Virus record (IMG/VR): IMGVR_UViG_3300021387_000161
Span: 81,523-145,522 of that record
DNA: 64,000 nt
Direction: 5' to 3' (one strand)
From: a virus
Taxonomy: Duplodnaviria > Caudoviricetes
In this document: piece by piece, positions 38,397 to 48,113 of the stretch
Position numbering within the stretch: the first letter of the stretch is position 1
Layout of the letters: each line of letters begins with the position of its first letter
Position numbers and translations under genes: made by a program
The notes under the pieces: generated by a model
Seen by the model: only the letters and a program-made list of their open reading frames with translations
The model's database searches: none
Told to the model about the DNA's origin: nothing

Positions 38397-41183
38397 TTAT
38401 CTTATAAACGCCTCCGCAACTTTTAAATCATAATCCGTTATTTCATCTTCTGGATTAGCTCCTACTAATCCGTTATTAATATTTTTAGCGTTAATTTTAA
38501 TATTCTCATTTAATACTTGAGAACTAAAAGGCAAATTACTCATATTGAACTTATATTCTTGTAAATCTTCACATATTTTATCTATATCGTTAAATGAGTA
38601 GGATTTAGGAAGTCTATTAACAATTTCATCTGGTTTTACACCAAGTCTAACTGCCTGTGACTCTACATATCTCTTTACAGAGTTTTTAGCTACTCTGCGA
38701 TATTTTTCTATGATCTGATTCTGCTGTTCTAATTTTTTAGAGTAGTTTTCTCTTACTTGTTCTAAATCTTTTTGACCGTTTTCATATTTTTCTTCTAATT
38801 GTTTTATGTCATTTTCTTTAGAACTTAATTGATCTTTATATTCACTTATTTGTTCATTTAAAGATCGTATCTTTGAATTTTTCCTGTCTACTGATTCATT
38901 TAATATAGAAATATCTTTGTGTAGATCTTTATTTTCTGAACTCTTAGACTGTATGGATTCATTCAAAGTTGAAATCTTACCTTCGGCTTGTGCTTTATTA
39001 TCTTTTAATAATTGTTCAGCTTTAGATAATTTTTCAGTTAAAACTTTTACTTCTTTAGTTTTCTTAGATAACTTAGTTATCTTTTGTTTGTAAGTATCTA
39101 AATCTTCTTTTAATTCCATTTCTTTTGCATAGCTAACTGAAAGTTTTTCTTGAAGATTCTTTACTTTTTCCTCTAAAGTTTTATTAAGTTTTAATATATT
39201 TTGAAGTTGTTCTACCATAGCCATGTCATTGTCACCTGCTAATTCAACTTTTTCTTCATTACCGGCATTAATAATATCTAAATTATCAGTACCGAATTTA
39301 TCAAATAACTCATCACGAGTATATTTTTCTTCTGTTAATGGTTCACCATATTTTTTCTCATAGTTATCATTATCAAAATCTATTTGTTCATCTGATGGTT
39401 CATCCCAAGGAATATCTTTACTATGAGATTTTACATAATCCATAACTCTTTGAAGATTAGCTTCCTCCATATAAAAATCTTCATCTTCATAATCAGGATT
39501 AGCATTTTCTTCATTATACATATTTACAGCACCACGTACCGCATCTTCTATAGAAGAACCATTTTTGATTTCTACTAATGCTGTTTCAACAGCACTTTGT
39601 TCAGTACTATTTAAGTCTTCCCAATATGGAGCGAAGAAATCCATATCTTCTTCGTCTTCACTCTCATTTAAAGATTCTTGAAAGAAAATAGTACAACCAG
39701 GATCAGATGTATGATCATAAATATCATATTTCTTACCCTGTGCTTCTAAATCATCTGTGAAATCTCTTATCATTCCACTTTGTTTTTCTCTATCATCAAA
39801 CTGCTTAAAATTATGATTATATGCTACGTCTAATCTATGAAAATCAGTATCCCAAGATTCTCTTTCTGGTTCTTCATCTTCTAATGCTTCTTCTACTGTT
39901 TCCTCATCTTCTTCATTACTTTGAATAGTATTATTATCTTGTTGATTAGATTGAGTTTCAGTAGTAGCTATATCTTCTTCATCTTTAATATCTTCTTTAT
40001 TCTTTAAAATTTCACTAGGTTTCTCCGTTGGTTTAGTTTCTTCTCTACCTACTTGCTCTTCATTCAGCTTTCCTTCTATAATATTAACAATTGGACCATC
40101 TTCAGACCAATTATCAGATGTTGAAGGTGGATAAGCAAAAGCATGCCAGTTTTGATAATTAGTTCTAATATAACCATTATCCTTATCAAAATTAGCCCTG
40201 TTGAATTCTGCTAATGAAGCTGGAAGACCATTATATTTAAGGGCTTGCTGTAGTTCTTCAATAGTATCAAAGTTCTCATAACTCTTGTTGCTACTTAAAG
40301 AGAACTCCCAACCATCTTCAAATGGTTTATAAAGATAATAGTTTATTTCATAACCGCCTTCTTTAAGCAGGCTTTCTTTGAAGAACTGACCATTTGGATT
40401 AAATCTATCAATATATTCTTTAGCATTTTTTAATGAATTAAGTGTAGTTTGATTATCAAGATCCCCAACTATATATTTCTTAGTATCTGGATCATAATAT
40501 ATATCTTCATCATGATATGTCTCTACAAATCTCCAGTTGTCATCAATATCTAATTCATCGAGAGCTTCTTCCATTATTCTTCTATCTGTATCAGAAGCAT
40601 TTTTAAGAGCTTCACTTAATATAGTTTTTAACTTATTATTCGATTTAGTGTTTAAGCTTTCATTAAACTGTAATCTGGCATCTTCACACGCCGGAATTAA
40701 TACTAAATCAAAGGCATTTAATGTATAAGTATCAGGATCTACTGATTCCTCACCGGAAAAATCTTGAATTAAATCACCCTCACCTCTTGAAGAAATACCA
40801 AATTTAAATCCATATTTACCAAGCTGATAGGCTATTTGACCACATGGAGTATCAAGTATATCTACTGATGCTACTAAATGTCCATTTGAATCCTTTTTAG
40901 GAGGTTCTGGCATCATAATAGCAATCTTAGTAGGATCAGTTTCTGATCTATTCTCTGGATGCTGCAACTCCCCAGGAAGTCCACCATTTTTAAACATTTC
41001 CTTAACTAAAGGAGAGTCAAATGCTTTTTCCCATAATTTATCTGAATATTTCCTACCATTTCTAGTTCCTTTAGTAAAACTAGCAATAGGACCAGTCAAT
41101 CTGGCTAGTATACCTCTAGCTTCTTTTTCTTCTGGGCTCAATTCTTGAAATTGTAAATCTTCGTGTTTTAATGATTCTAACAT
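38397..41183 (-). CDS. Prohead protease (T4 gp21-like) fused to inserted modules and a coiled-coil scaffold
   Basis: NGRKYS, GELQHP, FGISSRGEG, FDLV..PA protease motifs in the first ~175 aa; C-terminal coiled coil; 928 aa. Confidence 0.88.
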   Translation of the reverse strand: MLESLKHEDLQFQELSPEEKEARGILARLTGPIASFTKGTRNGRKYSDKLWEKAFDSPLVKEMFKNGGLPGELQHPENRSETDPTKIAIMMPEPPKKDSNGHLVASVDILDTPCGQIAYQLGKYGFKFGISSRGEGDLIQDFSGEESVDPDTYTLNAFDLVLIPACEDARLQFNESLNTKSNNKLKTILSEALKNASDTDRRIMEEALDELDIDDNWRFVETYHDEDIYYDPDTKKYIVGDLDNQTTLNSLKNAKEYIDRFNPNGQFFKESLLKEGGYEINYYLYKPFEDGWEFSLSSNKSYENFDTIEELQQALKYNGLPASLAEFNRANFDKDNGYIRTNYQNWHAFAYPPSTSDNWSEDGPIVNIIEGKLNEEQVGREETKPTEKPSEILKNKEDIKDEEDIATTETQSNQQDNNTIQSNEEDEETVEEALEDEEPERESWDTDFHRLDVAYNHNFKQFDDREKQSGMIRDFTDDLEAQGKKYDIYDHTSDPGCTIFFQESLNESEDEEDMDFFAPYWEDLNSTEQSAVETALVEIKNGSSIEDAVRGAVNMYNEENANPDYEDEDFYMEEANLQRVMDYVKSHSKDIPWDEPSDEQIDFDNDNYEKKYGEPLTEEKYTRDELFDKFGTDNLDIINAGNEEKVELAGDNDMAMVEQLQNILKLNKTLEEKVKNLQEKLSVSYAKEMELKEDLDTYKQKITKLSKKTKEVKVLTEKLSKAEQLLKDNKAQAEGKISTLNESIQSKSSENKDLHKDISILNESVDRKNSKIRSLNEQISEYKDQLSSKENDIKQLEEKYENGQKDLEQVRENYSKKLEQQNQIIEKYRRVAKNSVKRYVESQAVRLGVKPDEIVNRLPKSYSFNDIDKICEDLQEYKFNMSNLPFSSQVLNENIKINAKNINNGLVGANPEDEITDYDLKVAEAFIR

Positions 41184-41190
41184 TTATATA

Positions 41191-41553
41191 TTACCTGTAT
41201 ATTAATTCTCTTACTTGGTCCCAATTATATTTTGAAGAATCCCATGCAACAACGTCCAGTATATATATTAAATAATCTTCAGAGTCATAATTTGAAAGTC
41301 TAGTGAAATGATAATCGAAATCATTAGAATCAGCATATTCTCTAAATTTCCAATAAGTCCACCCGTCGAAATCAACAGGCCTTGGAACTTCTAATTGAAA
41401 TTGAGTTATAGTATCATTGGCAAGACCTGACTTTACCTTATTTACGAATTCATTAAAAACAGTATCTTTTAATTGATGAATATCATATTCTTCATTTATT
41501 ATTCTATAATCAACTTCAGTAACTCTATATAAACTTTCTTCTATTCTACTCAC
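41191..41553 (-). CDS. Putative internal head protein with IxE/VxE leader
   Basis: Begins MSRIEE|SLYRVTE|VDYRIINE|E. Confidence 0.45.
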   Translation of the reverse strand: MSRIEESLYRVTEVDYRIINEEYDIHQLKDTVFNEFVNKVKSGLANDTITQFQLEVPRPVDFDGWTYWKFREYADSNDFDYHFTRLSNYDSEDYLIYILDVVAWDSSKYNWDQVRELIYR

Positions 41554-41562
41554 TCTTTATCC

Positions 41563-41820
41563 TTAATCGTGATAATATCTTCTTTCTTTATACATCTTTT
41601 TCAGTTGCTTTCTTCTTGCAACTTTAGCTGCTTTTCTTCTTTTATCACCTTTACTTACGTAATACATTCTATCTTGACATTCTTTTAAAATACCTTCATT
41701 TATAACTTTTTTTCTGAATAATTTTATAGCAGCCTCGACATTATCTGCACATGCATCTTTATATTCTGCATATGATTTATAATCATTCTTATTAATTTTC
41801 TTTACATAAACTTGTGCCAA
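41563..41820 (-). CDS. rpsU: Ribosomal protein bS21 homologue
   Basis: NVEAAIKLFRKKVINEGILKECQDRMYYVSKGDKRRKAAKVARRK matches the bS21 pattern; TTG start with GAGG SD. Confidence 0.85.
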   Translation of the reverse strand: MAQVYVKKINKNDYKSYAEYKDACADNVEAAIKLFRKKVINEGILKECQDRMYYVSKGDKRRKAAKVARRKQLKKMYKERRYYHD

Positions 41821-41866
41821 GTTTAATCACATCCTCTCTTAGTTGTTATTTTTAATATTTATATAT

Positions 41867-41876
41867 TAATTTAGCA
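41867..41876 (-). promoter_or_regulatory. Putative phage late promoter TGCTAAATTA
   Basis: Exact copy at the head of the bS21-protease-capsid operon. Confidence 0.65.
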
Positions 41877-41915
41877 ATAAATTTAACTATTTTATTATAA
41901 TTATTTTATTATTAA

Positions 41916-42380
41916 TTATTTACTTATTTCCTCTAATAGTTTTAGATCTATCTTAAATATATTAAGAAGTTTTTGACAAGGAATTATATCCCCTGTCTTA
42001 TAATAATTTAATAAACATCTAGATATAGAATCAAATCTTGCTTGTTTTAAAAATGAAATATCATCTAACATTTTATAATATAATAATATTTGTTGCTGTA
42101 ATGCTCCTAAACAACAAATGAGTTCTTTTGGCTCTAACTCTGTTTCGTTAACTATATTTTTATATAATTTAGAATGACCTGAGTTATAACTCTTTCTTAG
42201 TTTTTCATAAAAGCTTCTAAGATTTAATTCTTTGTTATCATTTATAAACTTAATAATTTCTATTGTAGGTTCTGAAGAAATTATTAATCTCTTTATGTGA
42301 CCTTCTATTTCTTCTCTTTTATCTGGATATAATTCTTTTAAGTCTATCAATAATAATAAACAATCATTTTTAGTTATCAT
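41916..42380 (-). CDS. Hypothetical protein
   Basis: 154-aa ORF with AAGGAG SD, downstream of the portal gene. Confidence 0.65.
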   Translation of the reverse strand: MITKNDCLLLLIDLKELYPDKREEIEGHIKRLIISSEPTIEIIKFINDNKELNLRSFYEKLRKSYNSGHSKLYKNIVNETELEPKELICCLGALQQQILLYYKMLDDISFLKQARFDSISRCLLNYYKTGDIIPCQKLLNIFKIDLKLLEEISK

Positions 42381-42416
42381 TAATTATTTCTCCTTGGTAT
42401 AACCAAATGAATTAAA

Positions 42417-44303
42417 CTACATTTCAGTAAAATCTCCTGCACCTAAATCAGATGGGGTTGGAAGTTCATCTCCACCAGATTCTTCTGAACCAAAATCATC
42501 TCCTAGATCTCCAAAATCATCACCACCGTCATCAAAATCAAAATCTCCATCAAGATCTGATCCACCAAAATCTCCACCAAGATCATCACCGAACATATCA
42601 TCATCGAAAGAATCATCACCGCCTGTGTCTTGTTCTTCCGCATCTGATTCTAACCCGTCAATAGTATCTTGAATGAGCTGTATAACTTCTTGATTAGATA
42701 TTACTTTTGATAGTAATGATTTTAACATTTTAAGCTTAATAATTGGATCCTCTATATCTCCAACCATTCTCATAATATCATCAGTTATTTGTATTTCAGC
42801 TGATAAACTATCTCTCTTATCTAATTCTTCTTGAGTAACTGGTTCTTGCATCTGTAAAGTAAACTTATTTACATAAGAATCAAGTCCTCTATCTATTAAT
42901 AAAATATTAATGCAGTCTGTTAACATTTGTTTTATAGTAGATTGTATTCTTTTTACAGTTTTTGCATATCTAGATGATACTATTGATAATGAAGTACCAC
43001 CATTAAATCCAGTTGCATCATCTGTATCGCCTAAATATTGTTTAGGAATTTTTAAACTACCATAAAATTTATTCTTAAAGTAATCAATATCTGCAATATC
43101 TCTTACATTAACATCACCACCAATTTGCTGTGTATTAATAGCACCAATACCATTTCTAGTAGGAACATAAATATTATTTTCCATAGCACCTGGATTAGTG
43201 TATTCAGACATCTTATCGTTGTCACTAATAGAAGTTTTCTGTTCTACTAATGATTTAATTCTTTGTAAATACGGCTGAACTCTTTCTTTTGGCATGTCCG
43301 CTACTTCAACTTCTATCACTCTTAAAATAGATGACTTAGTTAATCTATTTAAAAGTAATGCGTTTTCTAAAAGCATCATCTGTCGCCATATTTTATAGGA
43401 ACTATATAGTAATGATTGACCTCTATTTACAGAAAATATATTAACATCATCTGTTTCTAAATCACCATCATTAAATATTTGTACTTGTTCTGGTATTCTA
43501 GGAGTATCATCTAACAACGCAGCATGTACATAACTTACAGCATTATAAATTTCTATATCTTTCTTTCTTAATTTATATAGATAATAAGAAGATATTAATG
43601 GATTATCCTGCTGCATCATTGTAGGAAGTTCATTTGTTTTTATATAGGCATAACTTTTTCCAAACTTAGTTAACTCAAACATCTCTCCAGGATTTGGCAC
43701 CATTTCAACAAAATTGACTAGTCTATCATCTGAAGAATATCCCTTTAATACAACATTTTCCTTCAGTTGTTCTGGTTCTGGTTGATCCCCCAACTTTGTA
43801 AATGCTTCATTTAATTTACTCTTCTGATCTTTTTCTAAAAGACTATCTTCAAAATCTGATTGTCTGAAGAGCTTTAAATATAAATCTCCATATTTACATA
43901 AAGAATATACCCATCTATAAATATTCTTTTCTACATTCAAACTTTTTAATAAAAAAGTTATATAACTAGAAACATTAGCATCACTTGATTCTACCCAGAC
44001 CGTTTGTCCTTGTTCATTTGTTTCTGTAGAATCTTCTGCATATATTTCTAGTATTGCAGCAACTGTAGAATCTTGTGCCATTGTATCAAGTACTTGATAC
44101 AAGGACTCTCTACTATGTGACAGTTGAGAAAAACTATTTATTGATGTTATATCAATACTAGTAGAAGTTGCTGCTTCTATAATATCATTAAAAAATTGAT
44201 TATTAGTATCTAACCCTGTCGGTGTTTCTGGCACAGGCTGCGCATTTATTTTGTTACCTATTTTAGTATTATCTTTATTAAAGATAGTATCATTATCTGG
44301 CAT
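42417..44303 (-). CDS. Portal protein (T4 gp20-like)
   Basis: LCKYGDLYL, GQSLL...WRQMMLLENALLLNRL, DIDYFKNKFYGSLKIPKQYL; acidic C-terminal tail. Confidence 0.9.
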   Translation of the reverse strand: MPDNDTIFNKDNTKIGNKINAQPVPETPTGLDTNNQFFNDIIEAATSTSIDITSINSFSQLSHSRESLYQVLDTMAQDSTVAAILEIYAEDSTETNEQGQTVWVESSDANVSSYITFLLKSLNVEKNIYRWVYSLCKYGDLYLKLFRQSDFEDSLLEKDQKSKLNEAFTKLGDQPEPEQLKENVVLKGYSSDDRLVNFVEMVPNPGEMFELTKFGKSYAYIKTNELPTMMQQDNPLISSYYLYKLRKKDIEIYNAVSYVHAALLDDTPRIPEQVQIFNDGDLETDDVNIFSVNRGQSLLYSSYKIWRQMMLLENALLLNRLTKSSILRVIEVEVADMPKERVQPYLQRIKSLVEQKTSISDNDKMSEYTNPGAMENNIYVPTRNGIGAINTQQIGGDVNVRDIADIDYFKNKFYGSLKIPKQYLGDTDDATGFNGGTSLSIVSSRYAKTVKRIQSTIKQMLTDCINILLIDRGLDSYVNKFTLQMQEPVTQEELDKRDSLSAEIQITDDIMRMVGDIEDPIIKLKMLKSLLSKVISNQEVIQLIQDTIDGLESDAEEQDTGGDDSFDDDMFGDDLGGDFGGSDLDGDFDFDDGGDDFGDLGDDFGSEESGGDELPTPSDLGAGDFTEM

Positions 44304-44314
44304 TTAATTACCTC

Positions 44315-46342
44315 TTAAATTACTAAACAATCACCAAACAAAGCATAATCAGTAGTAGAAGCCCCTAAACCAAAATCAGTATACATAGTATCTTTATTTA
44401 AACTTTGTCCAAATGCATTAGATACTCGTTTAAGTTCTTCCTCAAAATCTACTGTTATTTGCTGTTTATTATCTGCTATTTCTGATGAACTAGATACATT
44501 TATGATTGTATCAATAGTTTCACCAAATTCAAAATTAAACTCTTCTCCATGTTGGGATGCATTCCATATAGCACCACATAATGCGTCTGCTGAGTCTTTT
44601 GAATTTATCCCAGAAGGAGTATGATCTATTTTTCCATTAGAATTATTTCTTTCTAACCCTAGTAACTCTTCTGTTAATAAAGTATTTTCAAACAATTCTA
44701 ATCGTTCTTCATATATTGTTGATTTTAAATATTGATAAGGTAAGCATATATTATCTTTAACCCTATCTACAGATATTGTTTCAGCTTCATACCCTTTTCC
44801 AATTAATTGCTGTTTCATATCTGCACTTTGGTATGTATCAAATGATATGCCTTTTATATTAAATCCATTTTCTTTGAGCCAATAAATAAACTGTCTATTC
44901 TTTTCAAAACTTATTTGATAGCCTTTAGGTGCTTTTATAGATACAACAAAAGCCGTTCTATAATATAATTCTTTTGAAGGTGGTTGACCTTCTACGGGAG
45001 GTTTTTTACCTCTTATCCAAACACCTGCTAATCCTGTTTTGTCCCCTGATATAGACATATCTAAATGTATATATAATGGATATTGAAGTAATGTTTTATC
45101 AATACTTTCTAAATCAAAGAAATCATAATATTGATTTTTATCCTCTGGATTATTCCCTATTTCTAATATATCTGAAGAAAATGGATTTTTAAATTCTTTG
45201 TGTTTTATTGCTGCTATTCTTGGTCCAGATAAGTATCTACTGCTACTAGTAGTAGATATTCCAGCTATATCAGTTAATGCAATATCTATATCATCAATAA
45301 AGTTTTCATAATATCCCATTGGTACATCAATAACTTTAAATCCTCTATCACGATATATTTGTACATCATTTTCAGTAGCAGTTAATGGTATAACCTCTGA
45401 AGATAAAAATTTATTCCCTATAGCAACTTTAAATTTGGAACTGCTGTTTTTATCCTCTCTAATTACCCATTGTGGTTCATCTATTACTAATGTAGTTTTA
45501 CTTTCATTCTGTTTCTTACTTTCAATGAAAGTCTCCATATAAGATTGTTCTGTTCTTTTAGATGAAGCTAATATTAATAATGTAGGATTTTTATCACCCT
45601 TCATAAATCTGGACTGCATACGAGCAGAAGCAGTATTTACTAAAGCTTTCGCTTTTTCTTTCTGCTTTTCTACATCTTGATTTGGTTGAAATGAAATTTC
45701 ATCGAAGAATGCACTAAATACAGCACGACCAATTATATGTCTACTTAATGAACCAGCTATTAACTCTATATTTTTACTAGGACTCCATTCAACATTAATA
45801 TCTCCTCTAACAGTACCTTTTGATAAAAACCAATCAGAGGATTGTAATAGTTGTTGAAGTTTATCCCAAGCTACACCTTTACTTGCATCTAATGTAATAT
45901 TCATTACTGCAAAAGTTATTTTATCTATTGGCTGTAATCCATAATATACATACGGATCTTTTAAGCATAACATTCTGTATAGTTCATATAACATACATAA
46001 TACTGCCATAAAAGATTTACCAATACCAATAGAACCAGTTAAAGCAAGAGTATTATAACTAGCTGGTTTTAAAGGATCTGGAAAAATTTGTTTTAACGTA
46101 TTTACCCAAAATGGAAATACAGTAAATTTTCCTTCATCGTTTATTAACCCATTTCCAAGATATTTCTTATCTTTTAAAAAAGTTTCAATATCTACTGGTA
46201 TTTCTTCATAATCTTCTAATATTAACTTATTATATTCTTCCGATTGACCAGTAGTAGATAATTGTGTTATTATCTTTAAAACTTCTTCTTTTTCTTCTCT
46301 GCTTAAACTATTTAATTCTTTAAGGTTATCTAAATTTGTCAT
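44315..46342 (-). CDS. terL: Terminase large subunit
   Basis: GSIGIGKS Walker A, FFDE Walker B, HLDMSISGD and KDSADA nuclease motifs; adjacent to portal. Confidence 0.9.
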   Translation of the reverse strand: MTNLDNLKELNSLSREEKEEVLKIITQLSTTGQSEEYNKLILEDYEEIPVDIETFLKDKKYLGNGLINDEGKFTVFPFWVNTLKQIFPDPLKPASYNTLALTGSIGIGKSFMAVLCMLYELYRMLCLKDPYVYYGLQPIDKITFAVMNITLDASKGVAWDKLQQLLQSSDWFLSKGTVRGDINVEWSPSKNIELIAGSLSRHIIGRAVFSAFFDEISFQPNQDVEKQKEKAKALVNTASARMQSRFMKGDKNPTLLILASSKRTEQSYMETFIESKKQNESKTTLVIDEPQWVIREDKNSSSKFKVAIGNKFLSSEVIPLTATENDVQIYRDRGFKVIDVPMGYYENFIDDIDIALTDIAGISTTSSSRYLSGPRIAAIKHKEFKNPFSSDILEIGNNPEDKNQYYDFFDLESIDKTLLQYPLYIHLDMSISGDKTGLAGVWIRGKKPPVEGQPPSKELYYRTAFVVSIKAPKGYQISFEKNRQFIYWLKENGFNIKGISFDTYQSADMKQQLIGKGYEAETISVDRVKDNICLPYQYLKSTIYEERLELFENTLLTEELLGLERNNSNGKIDHTPSGINSKDSADALCGAIWNASQHGEEFNFEFGETIDTIINVSSSSEIADNKQQITVDFEEELKRVSNAFGQSLNKDTMYTDFGLGASTTDYALFGDCLVI

Positions 46343-46345
46343 ACC

Positions 46346-48103
46346 TTATAATTTCCACCCATCTTTTGTATATACATAGGATAGAGCCATATTCCATTTA
46401 CCATTATAATAAATATACGGCATTGCTAATTTCCATGTATTGTCAACATATATATAAATTGTTGTGTAGTATTCATAATATGGGTATAATTGTAATTCAC
46501 TAGTTCCTGTATATTCTTCACCTTCGTAGGTAAATAATTTTTTAAATTTATCCTTAAAATCTGAATAATCAAATATAACATTACCAGATGTAGGATAAAT
46601 TTTATACCCATTACCGACATAATATCCAGGACCATTTATGATTGACCATGTTGAAGTTGAGGTTGAAGAACTATAATTCCTATGACTCTGAGTTTTTGAT
46701 AGTCCTTGAATATTAAATGCTTCATTAGGAAAAGCAGCCCCTTTTCTAGGTAATGGTGACGAAGGATTATCAGGCGGCATAGTCATCCACCCAACTAGTT
46801 TGAATCCTGGATTAAATGAAATTTCATCCTTTTGTAACTTTACTAATGGCCATCTCATATTAAAAACACTATCAGTTTCATAATCTGTAGTTAAACTACC
46901 ATCTTCCCCATAAGAACTTGGCAAGAAGAATGTAACTTTATTCTTTGCTGGTTTAAATATAGGATAGAACCAAACTTCTTGCTTTTCTGAATATCGACTA
47001 TACCATTCAGAACAAGAAGAATCACCATTTTCATCTACTAAATAATCTCTATAGTTTCCAGGTCCATCTGTTCTACATTGCCACCCACAGAATACATAAC
47101 CATTTGGTATGACACCCTTATTTTCAATTAAACTTGCATTTGGAAGATTTGTTTTTTTCCTATATGATTCTTTAGTTTCTGGATCTTCAAGAATACAAAA
47201 AGTATATTGATATAAACCAAAATCGACTTCTTCATTTTTATAATTATAAAATCTATATCGACATGTTTTTGGATACCATACAGCAAATAAATCTATATTT
47301 TTAGATACTGTTATAGCGCTGCCAGGATTATACTTAGATAAAAATTGTGTGTTAACTATTAAACTCGTTGGAATTTCTTCCTCATATGATTCAATAGTAC
47401 CACTATCATCTACAACAACAGGTTCACCAGCTATAGAATCATCAGGCTCAGGTGTTGTTTGCTCTTCACCAGAACCTGGTTCTGGATTTGCTTGTCCTTC
47501 ATCAGGAGTCGATGAATCTGATCTAGATTCTTCCCATGCAGATATATAATCTACATCTGTCCAACCTTTAAACTCATAAAAATGACTTGATAATCCTAAA
47601 TTAGGTATTGTAAATTTATTACCTTTGTAACAAGATTTTTCAGTTATATTATTTGTTAAAACTGGGTCGAAAGTAATATCATATTCAACATTTGAAGGTA
47701 TTTTTAAACTACCAATTTTAGTTTTACCAACAACACCAGTACTTCTTGGATCCCAAGAATTAGTTCTACCTGGCCAAACTCTTTGGTTTCTATACCAGAA
47801 ATTTAATGATGTAGTAGAGTCGCCTACTCCAGAAATAGTAATATTACCCTGTCTAGTTCTAGTAGCATGAGTACCTTTTGCTTGATATGTGCCTCCAGCT
47901 ACTTTTTTACCTTTAGGATGATATATACTAAATTTATTATGTCTAGAACCGTATGGATAATTATCTGTGCCTTTAGATTTTACATATAATTTATAATGTA
48001 CTTTTACCTTATCGCCATCTCTTGATTTATATGTAATTGTAAGTTTTTGGTACTGGCCAGGTAAAGTCCCTGCTTTACTCCATGTTTTAGTAATTTTAGC
48101 CAT
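46346..48103 (-). CDS. Putative virion protein with InlB B-repeat/Flg_new-like domains
   Basis: YEFKGWT, GYVFCGW, GFKLVGW, IDLFAVW; C-terminal YIYYNGKW repeats. Confidence 0.55.
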   Translation of the reverse strand: MAKITKTWSKAGTLPGQYQKLTITYKSRDGDKVKVHYKLYVKSKGTDNYPYGSRHNKFSIYHPKGKKVAGGTYQAKGTHATRTRQGNITISGVGDSTTSLNFWYRNQRVWPGRTNSWDPRSTGVVGKTKIGSLKIPSNVEYDITFDPVLTNNITEKSCYKGNKFTIPNLGLSSHFYEFKGWTDVDYISAWEESRSDSSTPDEGQANPEPGSGEEQTTPEPDDSIAGEPVVVDDSGTIESYEEEIPTSLIVNTQFLSKYNPGSAITVSKNIDLFAVWYPKTCRYRFYNYKNEEVDFGLYQYTFCILEDPETKESYRKKTNLPNASLIENKGVIPNGYVFCGWQCRTDGPGNYRDYLVDENGDSSCSEWYSRYSEKQEVWFYPIFKPAKNKVTFFLPSSYGEDGSLTTDYETDSVFNMRWPLVKLQKDEISFNPGFKLVGWMTMPPDNPSSPLPRKGAAFPNEAFNIQGLSKTQSHRNYSSSTSTSTWSIINGPGYYVGNGYKIYPTSGNVIFDYSDFKDKFKKLFTYEGEEYTGTSELQLYPYYEYYTTIYIYVDNTWKLAMPYIYYNGKWNMALSYVYTKDGWKL

Positions 48104-48113
48104 TTACATTTCC

